Below the pieces are notes generated by a model, which was not told the origin of the DNA, made no database searches, and worked only from the letters and a program-made list of their open reading frames with translations. 55,271 bases of DNA from Thermoanaerobaculales bacterium (GTDB taxonomy: Bacteria > Acidobacteriota > Thermoanaerobaculia > Thermoanaerobaculales > Sulfomarinibacteraceae). The first letter of the stretch is position 1. Each line of letters starts with the position of its first letter. Of this stretch, positions 48,410-55,271 are shown one piece after another. The translations under genes were made by a program, and so were the position numbers. The stretch lies in the NCBI GenBank assembly GCA_024763555.1, contig JANTFG010000001.1:1-55271 (forward strand), in the 5' to 3' direction.

Positions 48410-50941
48410 CTACCACCTCCAGAGCAATGACACTCGCAGCTCAGGCGGCGCCTGGTATCTCAGGGCCTCTCCGAAACTGCCCGGCGTATACTGCTCCTCC
48501 GGGCTCACGCCTGGATCCGCCGGCGACCCCCACACGCTCCAGCGCTGGTCGATCTCTGATGGCTTCTGCTGAAAAAAGAGATTGAGGATTTCCACCCTGA
48601 GATCGGGCGCCCGCCCCCCCAGGGGCAGAAGAAGATTGAGATCCAGCTGCCATGTCGAGGGCCCCCGACCCGCCGAGCCCCGCGGTGCGACGAAGCGAGT
48701 GTCGAGACCATAGCCGGGATCCATGGCGCCCCGGAGGGAAAGCGGGGCGCCCATCCGCCAGAACAAACGCGCTCCCAGGCCGAAACCCGAATCCCGAAAC
48801 CAGGATCCCTCAAGATCCGCGAAGAAACGCCGGTCGCCGTCAAGCGGACCACGGGCATTGTTCAGTGAGCCCCGGGTCAGAACATCTGAAGAAAACTCGA
48901 CATCAGGGTCTGTCAGATTGATGACCGGATTCCGATCCCAGGTACCCGACTGCCCGATCCATCCGACATTCAGAAGAGCCTGCCAGCCCGAGGAAGGAGT
49001 CTTCCGGACCCAGAGCGAGGCCGTCGTCGTATCCCTTTCGAGCGCGTCGTCCCACAGGGGACCCGACTGAGGCGCGGCCAGCAGAAAACCGGAGCGATCC
49101 CCCGGCTGGAGCACGGCCACTCCCTTTCGGAAGCCTTCGAAAGAGACCGCGGCCCCCATCCTCAGATGGGCCAGAAGCTCGCGCTCCATCCCGAGGCTGA
49201 AAAGATCGACCCGCGGGGGTTCCAGCCCCGCCGCCACCTCAATGGCCGGAACAGGGAGATCAAATCCCGGGTCCGGCGACTCAGTGTTCGAGGTCGAGAT
49301 CATGGAGCCGGCCAGCCGGAGTCTGATATTCTCCGCAAGTCGCGGCCTGTTCCGTTCCCACGAGACCCAGGCCCGACTTTTTCCCTCCCCGGCAAAATCC
49401 CAGATCAGAGCGATCTCCGGCGACAGCGTCTCTGCAAAATCGAAGTGGAAGCCCTCGCGCCCGAGTCCGGCGTCAAAATCCCGCTCTTCGGCCTCCAGTC
49501 CAAGTCGAAGACTGATCCGCGCCGAGATGCGCCGAATCTCCGAGAGAGAAATACCTGAGATGCTGGAGATGCCACGTCCTCCCTCGGCCGGAAGGAGCAT
49601 GTCGATGAACGCTCCCGAGCCGCTTTGAAGTCTCCATCGAGCCGAGACCCATGGAGAGGAAGCCTTCGGCGCAAAACCACGCCGGCGCCTCGAGTAATCC
49701 AGGCGAAAATCAAGCATGTCCCGGGCTGAGGGCGAGTACATCAGAGCGGCAGAAGCGCTGATCTCCTCCTCGTGATCCCGGATCGCCGGAACGCCCCCTG
49801 CATCCTCTCCGAGAAAAACGCCCCGCCCGAATCCCGAGCTGATCACGCCCTCATCCGAGAGATCCTGGCTGATCGAGTCCCCCGATCCGGGCTCAAGATC
49901 CCAATGTCTCGACTCCCAGCCGAGAAATCCCGAAAGCTCCAGGTTTTCGGCGAGCATCCACCGGACGCGGGCGAATCCATCGACACTCCTCCGTCGACTG
50001 TCAAAGCGGGGGATTTCACCGACGGTATAGAGGGTCGCGGCTTCATCGTCGTCATCGAGAAGGCCAAAACTCCCTCCCAGTGCGAAGGCCGAGCGTCGGC
50101 CGGAAGGAGACTCGAGGTCAAGCGCAATCCTCCCGAGTTTTCTCCGGCTTCGATTCCTGAGAACCGGTCCCTCCCAGTCCGGGGCCAGACCGCTTCTCTC
50201 CTGCACTCTCGAATATCCCGCAGTAGCGAAAAAGGAGAGCCGATGTCCCTCGGCGAGAGGGAAAACCCAGTCGAAAACCGGGTTCAGATCCAAATCCAGG
50301 CTCGTCGAACGACCCCGGCTCCGCACGAGTTTCCCTCCTGCGCCGCCCGCGAGGCCGAATTCAAAGCTCCCGCTCCCTGCCCTTCGCCGGGGCCAGGTCC
50401 GAAGCGGGACAGCCTTTTCCCCGATCGGAAGATCCCGTACGATGAAGGATCCCGGTTCTTCCGACTCGCCGACCACCCCGGGAACATCGGCCCTGGTCAG
50501 AGCCCCCTCGCGCGGCAGGCTCGGATCGGGCAACTTGAAAATAACACGGGTCCGGGTCGAATTCGTGTCGATCTCAGGCGCATCGCCAAGGGACAAACCC
50601 TCGTCGGCCGTGGTCGGTCTCAGGCGGATCTGCAGACGCAGGAGATTGCCCGGAGCACAGCGGAGCTGAGAGAGGGAAAACCACTCATAGCCTTCCGGAA
50701 CAGCCTCGGCCCGCCATGCGCCGCTTTCGAGATCAAAGACGAGCGCACGCCCGTCGGGACCCGAAAAAATCTCACGACGCAGACCAAGCTCCGGGTTTTC
50801 GAGCCGCAGCTCCACGCCCTTGATCGCTTCCTGGGTCGAGGCATCGACAAAGCTCAGTTCGAGCCTGCAGAAATCCTCCACGGCACAGAGACACGGCGCC
50901 GACAGCAGGCTCAGAAGGATCAGCACCGTAGCGCGGCGCAC
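48410..50941 (-). CDS. Outer-membrane beta-barrel protein with an N-terminal CarboxypepD_reg-like domain (TonB-dependent-receptor-like / Oar-like)
   Basis: The start is GTG at 50941, and the signal peptide is MRRATVLILLSLLSAPCLCA. LELSFVDASTQEAIKGVELRLENPELGLRREIFSGPDGRALVFDLESGAWRAEAVPEGYE is a beta-sandwich. The long region alternates hydrophobic residues and ends ..LRVSLLWRW with an aromatic C-terminus. Confidence 0.7.
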   Translation of the reverse strand: MRRATVLILLSLLSAPCLCAVEDFCRLELSFVDASTQEAIKGVELRLENPELGLRREIFSGPDGRALVFDLESGAWRAEAVPEGYEWFSLSQLRCAPGNLLRLQIRLRPTTADEGLSLGDAPEIDTNSTRTRVIFKLPDPSLPREGALTRADVPGVVGESEEPGSFIVRDLPIGEKAVPLRTWPRRRAGSGSFEFGLAGGAGGKLVRSRGRSTSLDLDLNPVFDWVFPLAEGHRLSFFATAGYSRVQERSGLAPDWEGPVLRNRSRRKLGRIALDLESPSGRRSAFALGGSFGLLDDDDEAATLYTVGEIPRFDSRRRSVDGFARVRWMLAENLELSGFLGWESRHWDLEPGSGDSISQDLSDEGVISSGFGRGVFLGEDAGGVPAIRDHEEEISASAALMYSPSARDMLDFRLDYSRRRRGFAPKASSPWVSARWRLQSGSGAFIDMLLPAEGGRGISSISGISLSEIRRISARISLRLGLEAEERDFDAGLGREGFHFDFAETLSPEIALIWDFAGEGKSRAWVSWERNRPRLAENIRLRLAGSMISTSNTESPDPGFDLPVPAIEVAAGLEPPRVDLFSLGMERELLAHLRMGAAVSFEGFRKGVAVLQPGDRSGFLLAAPQSGPLWDDALERDTTTASLWVRKTPSSGWQALLNVGWIGQSGTWDRNPVINLTDPDVEFSSDVLTRGSLNNARGPLDGDRRFFADLEGSWFRDSGFGLGARLFWRMGAPLSLRGAMDPGYGLDTRFVAPRGSAGRGPSTWQLDLNLLLPLGGRAPDLRVEILNLFFQQKPSEIDQRWSVWGSPADPGVSPEEQYTPGSFGEALRYQAPPELRVSLLWRW

Positions 50942-50946
50942 CCGGA

Positions 50947-51456
50947 TCAGTCTCCTTCAAGCCGAACCAGAACCGCTCCTCCGGCTACGACATCCCCGGC
51001 TTCCACCTCGACCGAGGCGACCCGGCCCGAACGTTCGGCCACCAGCTCATTCTCCATCTTCATCGCTTCCAGCACAACGACGGCCCGGCCCGCTTCGACG
51101 ACATCGCCCTCGGCAACATGGACCGCCACGACCTTCCCGGGAATCGGCGCCCGGATCACATCCGCGCCGGCCCCCGCACTGCCGGCCGAGGCGACGACGG
51201 CCTCGACAGGGGTTTGGACCTTGAAGGAAAACTCCCTTTCCAGAGCAGCCACTCGGTACTCCCGGCGGCCCTCCCGCTGAAAGGTGATGAAGAAGGAGCG
51301 CCCGTCATCACGATAGCGCAGAGATGCGATAGCTCCGTCAAGCATAATGAAATCCACGTCCCGCTTTTCTCCGTCGAGACTGATCTCAAAACGATCCTGG
51401 TGACGGGAAATCTCCACCTCGTGTTCCGAAGACGCAGCCTGGATGATCCATTTCAT
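50947..51456 (-). CDS. accB: Biotin carboxyl carrier protein (biotinyl/lipoyl domain) of an acyl-CoA carboxylase
   Basis: VVLEAMKMENELVAERSGRV carries the E-A-M-K-M biotinyl-lysine motif. The start is chosen at ATG 51456 (MKWIIQ..), which overlaps the accC stop (ATGA 51453-51456). The listed ORF extends to 51501. Confidence 0.8.
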   Translation of the reverse strand: MKWIIQAASSEHEVEISRHQDRFEISLDGEKRDVDFIMLDGAIASLRYRDDGRSFFITFQREGRREYRVAALEREFSFKVQTPVEAVVASAGSAGAGADVIRAPIPGKVVAVHVAEGDVVEAGRAVVVLEAMKMENELVAERSGRVASVEVEAGDVVAGGAVLVRLEGD

Positions 51457-52970
51457 CGTGGGAACCTCCCGTGCAGCTGCCGCAGACCCTCGGCATGCCA
51501 CTCACTCTCGTCTCCGTGGGCGAAGAGATCCCCGGGCAGGCGACTGGAGTCCATCATGGCCAGGCAGGCTGCCGCTATCAGCGCCGCCTCCCCGGCCTCC
51601 GGGTCCTGGGCGCCCTGGAGTTTTTCGAGATTCTCCCCGGCCAGAAAACCGTCCAGGAAAGCCGTGTGGAAGGCCGCCTCTTCAAAGGCCTCGGTCTCAG
51701 CCAGAGTACGGAAAAGGGGCAGGGTCGTCCGGATTCCCCGGATCTGGTACTCGCCCAGCGCCCGGCGAAGGCGGCTGACGGCCTCCGCACGGTCCTTTCC
51801 CCAGACAATGAGCTTGGAGAGCATCGGGTCATAATCCAGGGGCACTTCGGTCCCTTCGAAAACACCGGAATCGATGCGCACACCCGGCCCGGACGGCGCC
51901 CGGAGATGGGAAATCAACCCGGGCGAGGGGGCAAAATTCCTCAGGGGATCCTCAGCATAGACGCGGCACTCGATGGCGTGGCCCCGCGGCTTGAGGTCCT
52001 CCTGGGCGAAGCTGAGTTCCTGACCCAGGGCGATCCGGATCTGCTCACGGGCAAGATCGACGCCGTAGACCTCTTCGCTGACGGGATGCTCGACCTGGAG
52101 GCGCGTATTCATCTCGAGGAAGTAGTAGCGCCCATCCGGCGCCAGGAGAAATTCGATGGTCCCGACGGAGGTGTAGCCGGACTCCCGGACGATCGAAAGA
52201 GCCGTTTCGCCCATTCTGCGCCTGAGATCCTCGCCGACCACCGGCGAGGGACATTCCTCGATGACCTTCTGGTGTCGCCTCTGGATGGAGCACTCCCGTT
52301 CACCGACGAACACGGCATTTCCGTGGGTATCGGCCGCCACCTGAATCTCGATATGACGGGCCTCACTCACCAGGCGTTCCACGTAAACCCGCTCATCACC
52401 GAAATAGGCCTTCCCCTCGGATCGCGCCCGATCAAAGGCCGGCGCCAGCTCCGAGGCCTCGTGGACCGCCCGCATACCCTTGCCGCCGCCCCCGGCCACG
52501 GCCTTGAGCAGCACCGGAAGACCGTGTTCCGCAACAAAGGCCTTAAGTTCTCCGAGATCCTCAAGAGGATCCATCATCCCGGGAACCAGAGGCGCCCCGG
52601 CGGCAACCGCAATATGACGACTCTCGGTCTTGGAGCCCATCCGCCGGATGGCATCGACCGGAGGTCCGACCCAGATGAGCCCGGAGGCCTGCACCGCCTC
52701 GGCGAACTCGGCGTTCTCCGCCAGAAAACCGTAGCCGGGATGCACCAGCTCGGCGCCCGAGCGTTGGGCAGCCGAGAGGATACGGTCGACTCTGAGATAT
52801 GAATCGCGGGCAGGAGCCGGGCCGATCTCCCAGGCCTCGTCCGCCATCAGCACGTGGGGCGAGAGACGATCTGCCTCGGAATAGACCGCCACCGTGCGGA
52901 TCCCCATCTCCCGACATGCACGGATGATCCTGACGGCAATTTCACCACGATTGGCAATGAGCAGCTTCAT
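51453..52970 (-). CDS. accC: Biotin carboxylase subunit (ATP-grasp) of acetyl/propionyl-CoA carboxylase
   Basis: The N-terminus is [35 protein letters not shown]. Other supporting segments are [23 protein letters not shown] and [14 protein letters not shown]. The start overlaps the pccB stop (ATGA 52967-52970). Confidence 0.9.
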   Translation of the reverse strand: MKLLIANRGEIAVRIIRACREMGIRTVAVYSEADRLSPHVLMADEAWEIGPAPARDSYLRVDRILSAAQRSGAELVHPGYGFLAENAEFAEAVQASGLIWVGPPVDAIRRMGSKTESRHIAVAAGAPLVPGMMDPLEDLGELKAFVAEHGLPVLLKAVAGGGGKGMRAVHEASELAPAFDRARSEGKAYFGDERVYVERLVSEARHIEIQVAADTHGNAVFVGERECSIQRRHQKVIEECPSPVVGEDLRRRMGETALSIVRESGYTSVGTIEFLLAPDGRYYFLEMNTRLQVEHPVSEEVYGVDLAREQIRIALGQELSFAQEDLKPRGHAIECRVYAEDPLRNFAPSPGLISHLRAPSGPGVRIDSGVFEGTEVPLDYDPMLSKLIVWGKDRAEAVSRLRRALGEYQIRGIRTTLPLFRTLAETEAFEEAAFHTAFLDGFLAGENLEKLQGAQDPEAGEAALIAAACLAMMDSSRLPGDLFAHGDESEWHAEGLRQLHGRFPR

Positions 52971-54514
52971 AGCGGAATATTCCCGTGCTTCTTCGTCGGC
53001 ATCCAGTCCCTCTTGGTCGCCAGCAGCGCAAATCCCGCGGCCAGCTTCCTCCGGAGCATCCGAGGCTGGATGACCTCGTCGATGTAGCCCCGCTCCGCCG
53101 CAACGAAGGGGTTCGCAAAGAGATCCTGGTACTCTTCGACAAAGGCTGTGTGGGCGGCAACCGGATCCTCGGCTTCGGCAATTTCCCGCCGATAGAGGAT
53201 GTTGACGGCGCCCTGGGAACCCATGACCGCGATCTCCGCCGTCGGGAAGGCCAGATTGATATCGGTTCGAATGTGCTTGGAGCCCATGACGCAGTAGGCG
53301 CCTCCATAGGCCTTCCGGGTAATCACCGTCAATTTCGGCACCGTCGCCTCGGCCAGCGCATAGAGCAGCTTGGCGCCGTTACGGATGATTCCGCCCCACT
53401 CCTGGGCCGTCCCCGGGAGGAAGCCGGGCACATCCTCGATGATCCAGAGTGGAATGTTGAAGGCATCGCAGAAGCGCACGAAACGTGCGCCCTTGGTCGA
53501 GGAGTCAATGTCGAGCACACCGGCGAGATGGGCCGGCTGGTTGGCAATGACACCGACGGATCGACCACCGATCCTGATGAAGCCGACAACAATGTTCTTC
53601 GCGAAGTGCTCCTGGACCTCCATGAAATCGCCGTCATCGGCCGCCCAGCGAATCAACTTCTTGATATCGTATGCCTTGTTGGAATCCGAAGGAACGAAAT
53701 CATCGAGGTCCGGGATCTCCCGGGAGAGGGGGTCATCCGTTTCGACCACCGGCGGCTGCTCGGCGTTGTTGGAAGGAAGGAAGGAGAGCAGACGGCGGAT
53801 CTGGGCCAGGCACTGGGTATCGGAGGCCGAGGCGAAATGGGCGACGCCCGAGACCGAGTTGTGGGTCATCGCCCCCCCGAGTTTTTCCTTCGTCACCTCC
53901 TCATGGGTCACGGTCCTGATGACATCCGGACCCGTGACGAACATGTAGGAACTCTCCTCGACCATAAAGACGAAATCCGTGATCGCGGGCGAGTAGACCG
54001 CTCCGCCTGCGCAGGGGCCCATGATCGCCGAGATCTGGGGAACGACCCCGGAAGAGAGGGTGTTCCGGAGGAAAATATCGGCATAGCCCGCCAGCGAGGC
54101 AACACCCTCCTGGATCCTGGCGCCCCCCGAATCATTGAGACCAATGACGGGAGCGCCGACCTTGAGTGCGAGATCCATGATCTTGCAGATCTTGGCGGCA
54201 TTGCTTTCCGACAGCGAACCCCCGAAGACCGTGAAATCCTGGGCAAAGACGAAGACGGGACGACCGGCGACCCGCCCGTGACCGGTCACAAAACCGTCTC
54301 CCGGGGTCTTCTTCTTCTCCATCCCGAAATCGGTGCACTGATGCTCGACCAGGGCGTCCATCTCTTCGAAACTTCCCTCGTCAAGGAGAAACTCGATTCG
54401 CTCCCGTGCCGTCAACTTCCCCTGTTCGTGTTGCTTTTCGCGACGGGCCGCCCCACCGCCTTCGCGGTTCGCTTCCAGACGACGGCGCAGTTCCTCCGAT
54501 ACATCCCTCACCAT
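52967..54514 (-). CDS. pccB: Acyl-CoA carboxylase carboxyltransferase (beta) subunit, of propionyl-CoA carboxylase / methylmalonyl-CoA carboxyltransferase type
   Basis: [83 protein letters not shown] follows the carboxyl_trans family pattern. AGGGAG lies 5 nt upstream of ATG 54514. Confidence 0.9.
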   Translation of the reverse strand: MVRDVSEELRRRLEANREGGGAARREKQHEQGKLTARERIEFLLDEGSFEEMDALVEHQCTDFGMEKKKTPGDGFVTGHGRVAGRPVFVFAQDFTVFGGSLSESNAAKICKIMDLALKVGAPVIGLNDSGGARIQEGVASLAGYADIFLRNTLSSGVVPQISAIMGPCAGGAVYSPAITDFVFMVEESSYMFVTGPDVIRTVTHEEVTKEKLGGAMTHNSVSGVAHFASASDTQCLAQIRRLLSFLPSNNAEQPPVVETDDPLSREIPDLDDFVPSDSNKAYDIKKLIRWAADDGDFMEVQEHFAKNIVVGFIRIGGRSVGVIANQPAHLAGVLDIDSSTKGARFVRFCDAFNIPLWIIEDVPGFLPGTAQEWGGIIRNGAKLLYALAEATVPKLTVITRKAYGGAYCVMGSKHIRTDINLAFPTAEIAVMGSQGAVNILYRREIAEAEDPVAAHTAFVEEYQDLFANPFVAAERGYIDEVIQPRMLRRKLAAGFALLATKRDWMPTKKHGNIPL

Positions 54515-54662
54515 AAAAACTCCCTTTTCAAACCCTTCGACGCCGCCGGCTTCGGGATCATCTCAAGATCATTCTCTTTTCCCGCGCAGGCATACGCCCG
54601 ACACATTGTAGCCTTTCCATGGCTTCTCCGCGAATGAAGCGAAGAAAGGCTATGATGTCTCC

Positions 54663-55271
54663 ATGCGGGGAGTTGAGACCACCGGTTTTTTTGACATCGA
54701 CTGGATGCACTTCCTTGCCTCCGCTCTCCAGCAGGATCGAGAAGCCGCCATGCTGGACCTCTACCTGGAGCGCCGCCTGGACATCAAGCTGGAGATCCGG
54801 GACGGGATCCTGCAGATCGAGGAAGGCCGGAGCGAGGGCGCGGCCCTGCGCACGGCGACTCCGAAGCTTCGGAGCCTGCGCGCCTCCACCGGCATCTCTC
54901 CACGCTCCATTTCGTCGCTCCTGCCGACATCGGAGACCGGCCGCAATATCGCCCGCTACGCACCCCGTATCGCTCCACCCCTGGAGGGGCCCGCCCAGTG
55001 GAGGGAAAAACTCGATGACTTTCTGGCTCCCTTCGAGGAGATGGATCTCCGGCTCCGAATCCTGATTCGCCATGGGGCGGTAATCCGCGAGGGCGGTTGT
55101 GAAATCATCAGCTGCCCACAGCTCCTCCGCCTGGAGTTCGAGGCGCCCCATCGGGGACGCTTGCTCTCGGTCTGGGATCATCCCGATCTGGAATCATGGA
55201 GGGGCCGGCTGCTCGAGTCGCCTCCCCGGAAGAGGTGGCGGCCCCCATCCGGAGAGAGCTTCCCGATTCTG
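54663..55271 (+). CDS. TldD/PmbA-family (putative metalloprotease/modulator) protein, 5' part; runs off the window end
   Basis: This ORF is not in the supplied track because it has no stop. The frame is open from the TAG at 54609-54611 to base 55271, with the first ATG at 54663 and an alternative at 54705. The translation ..EAAMLDLYLERRLDIKLEIRDGILQIEEGRSEGAALR.. matches the TldD/PmbA N-terminal pattern (DLY.e......l.l.dg.i......eGvgvR). The competing minus-strand ORF 54558..55181 looks like antisense noise. Confidence 0.5.
   Translation, partial: MRGVETTGFFDIDWMHFLASALQQDREAAMLDLYLERRLDIKLEIRDGILQIEEGRSEGAALRTATPKLRSLRASTGISPRSISSLLPTSETGRNIARYAPRIAPPLEGPAQWREKLDDFLAPFEEMDLRLRILIRHGAVIREGGCEIISCPQLLRLEFEAPHRGRLLSVWDHPDLESWRGRLLESPPRKRWRPPSGESFPIL

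Noticed and set aside
49772-54637. Long plus-strand ORFs 49772..51280, 51471..52802 and 52985..54637
   Set aside because: All three are antisense to strongly recognisable genes (OM barrel, accC, pccB). Their translations are Arg/Pro/Gly-rich with no motifs.
54558-55181. 207-aa minus-strand ORF at the window end
   Set aside because: The opposite strand carries an open frame with a TldD/PmbA-like N-terminal pattern that runs to the window edge. The minus-strand product has no recognisable features.
1-55271. tRNA, rRNA, transposase, integrase or phage genes
   Set aside because: None was recognised in any intergenic region or ORF translation. There are no GGTTCGAATCC-type T-arm sequences outside coding frames.

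Overview
This is a 55.3-kb G+C-rich fragment of a diderm bacterial chromosome. I saw no rRNA, tRNA, CRISPR array, transposase or integrase. The motif content (an acidobacterial-type VWFA protein, Oar-like CarboxypepD_reg/TonB-type barrels, many carboxypeptidase-regulatory-like repeats) hints at an Acidobacteriota-like or allied uncultured lineage, by inference only. Region 1-22.6 kb holds a 5'-truncated SARP/BTAD regulator, a 6x-repeat secreted protein, a threonine-synthase-like PLP enzyme and an LTD-like secreted protein. It also holds a cyclase-homology/TPR membrane protein, ComEA, an orphan GspH/FimT-like pseudopilin, two overlapping CPA-type antiporter paralogues and a hicB-hicA module. 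These are followed by a 0.75-kb mosaic of REP/MITE-like repeats, an Oar-like receptor, a VWA protein and a GT-C-like glycosyltransferase/TPR protein. Region 22.8-48.0 kb is the stand-out. It is a translationally coupled four-gene operon (163, 5,687, 2,232 and 332 aa), and all four products have signal-like N-termini. The 5,687-aa protein has an HExxH zincin head, alpha/alpha-toroid repeats, dozens of CARDB/FlgD-Ig/FN3/Ig-like modules, propeller-like stretches, a discoidin-like module nested in an FN3, and an IPTL-CTERM-like sorting tail. The 2,232-aa protein has a transglutaminase-like core with its catalytic Cys and His replaced, Big_1-like modules, acidic Ca-binding-like loops and a C-terminal GxSxG alpha/beta-hydrolase. 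I could not match this operon to any named giant-protein system. Region 48.4-55.3 kb holds an outer-membrane barrel gene that starts 5 nt downstream of a pccB-accC-BCCP acyl-CoA carboxylase operon. It also holds the 5' part of a TldD/PmbA-like gene that is absent from the ORF track. All family calls come from reading motifs in the translations. No similarity search, HMM or structure prediction was run, so domain coordinates are approximate and functions are hypotheses.
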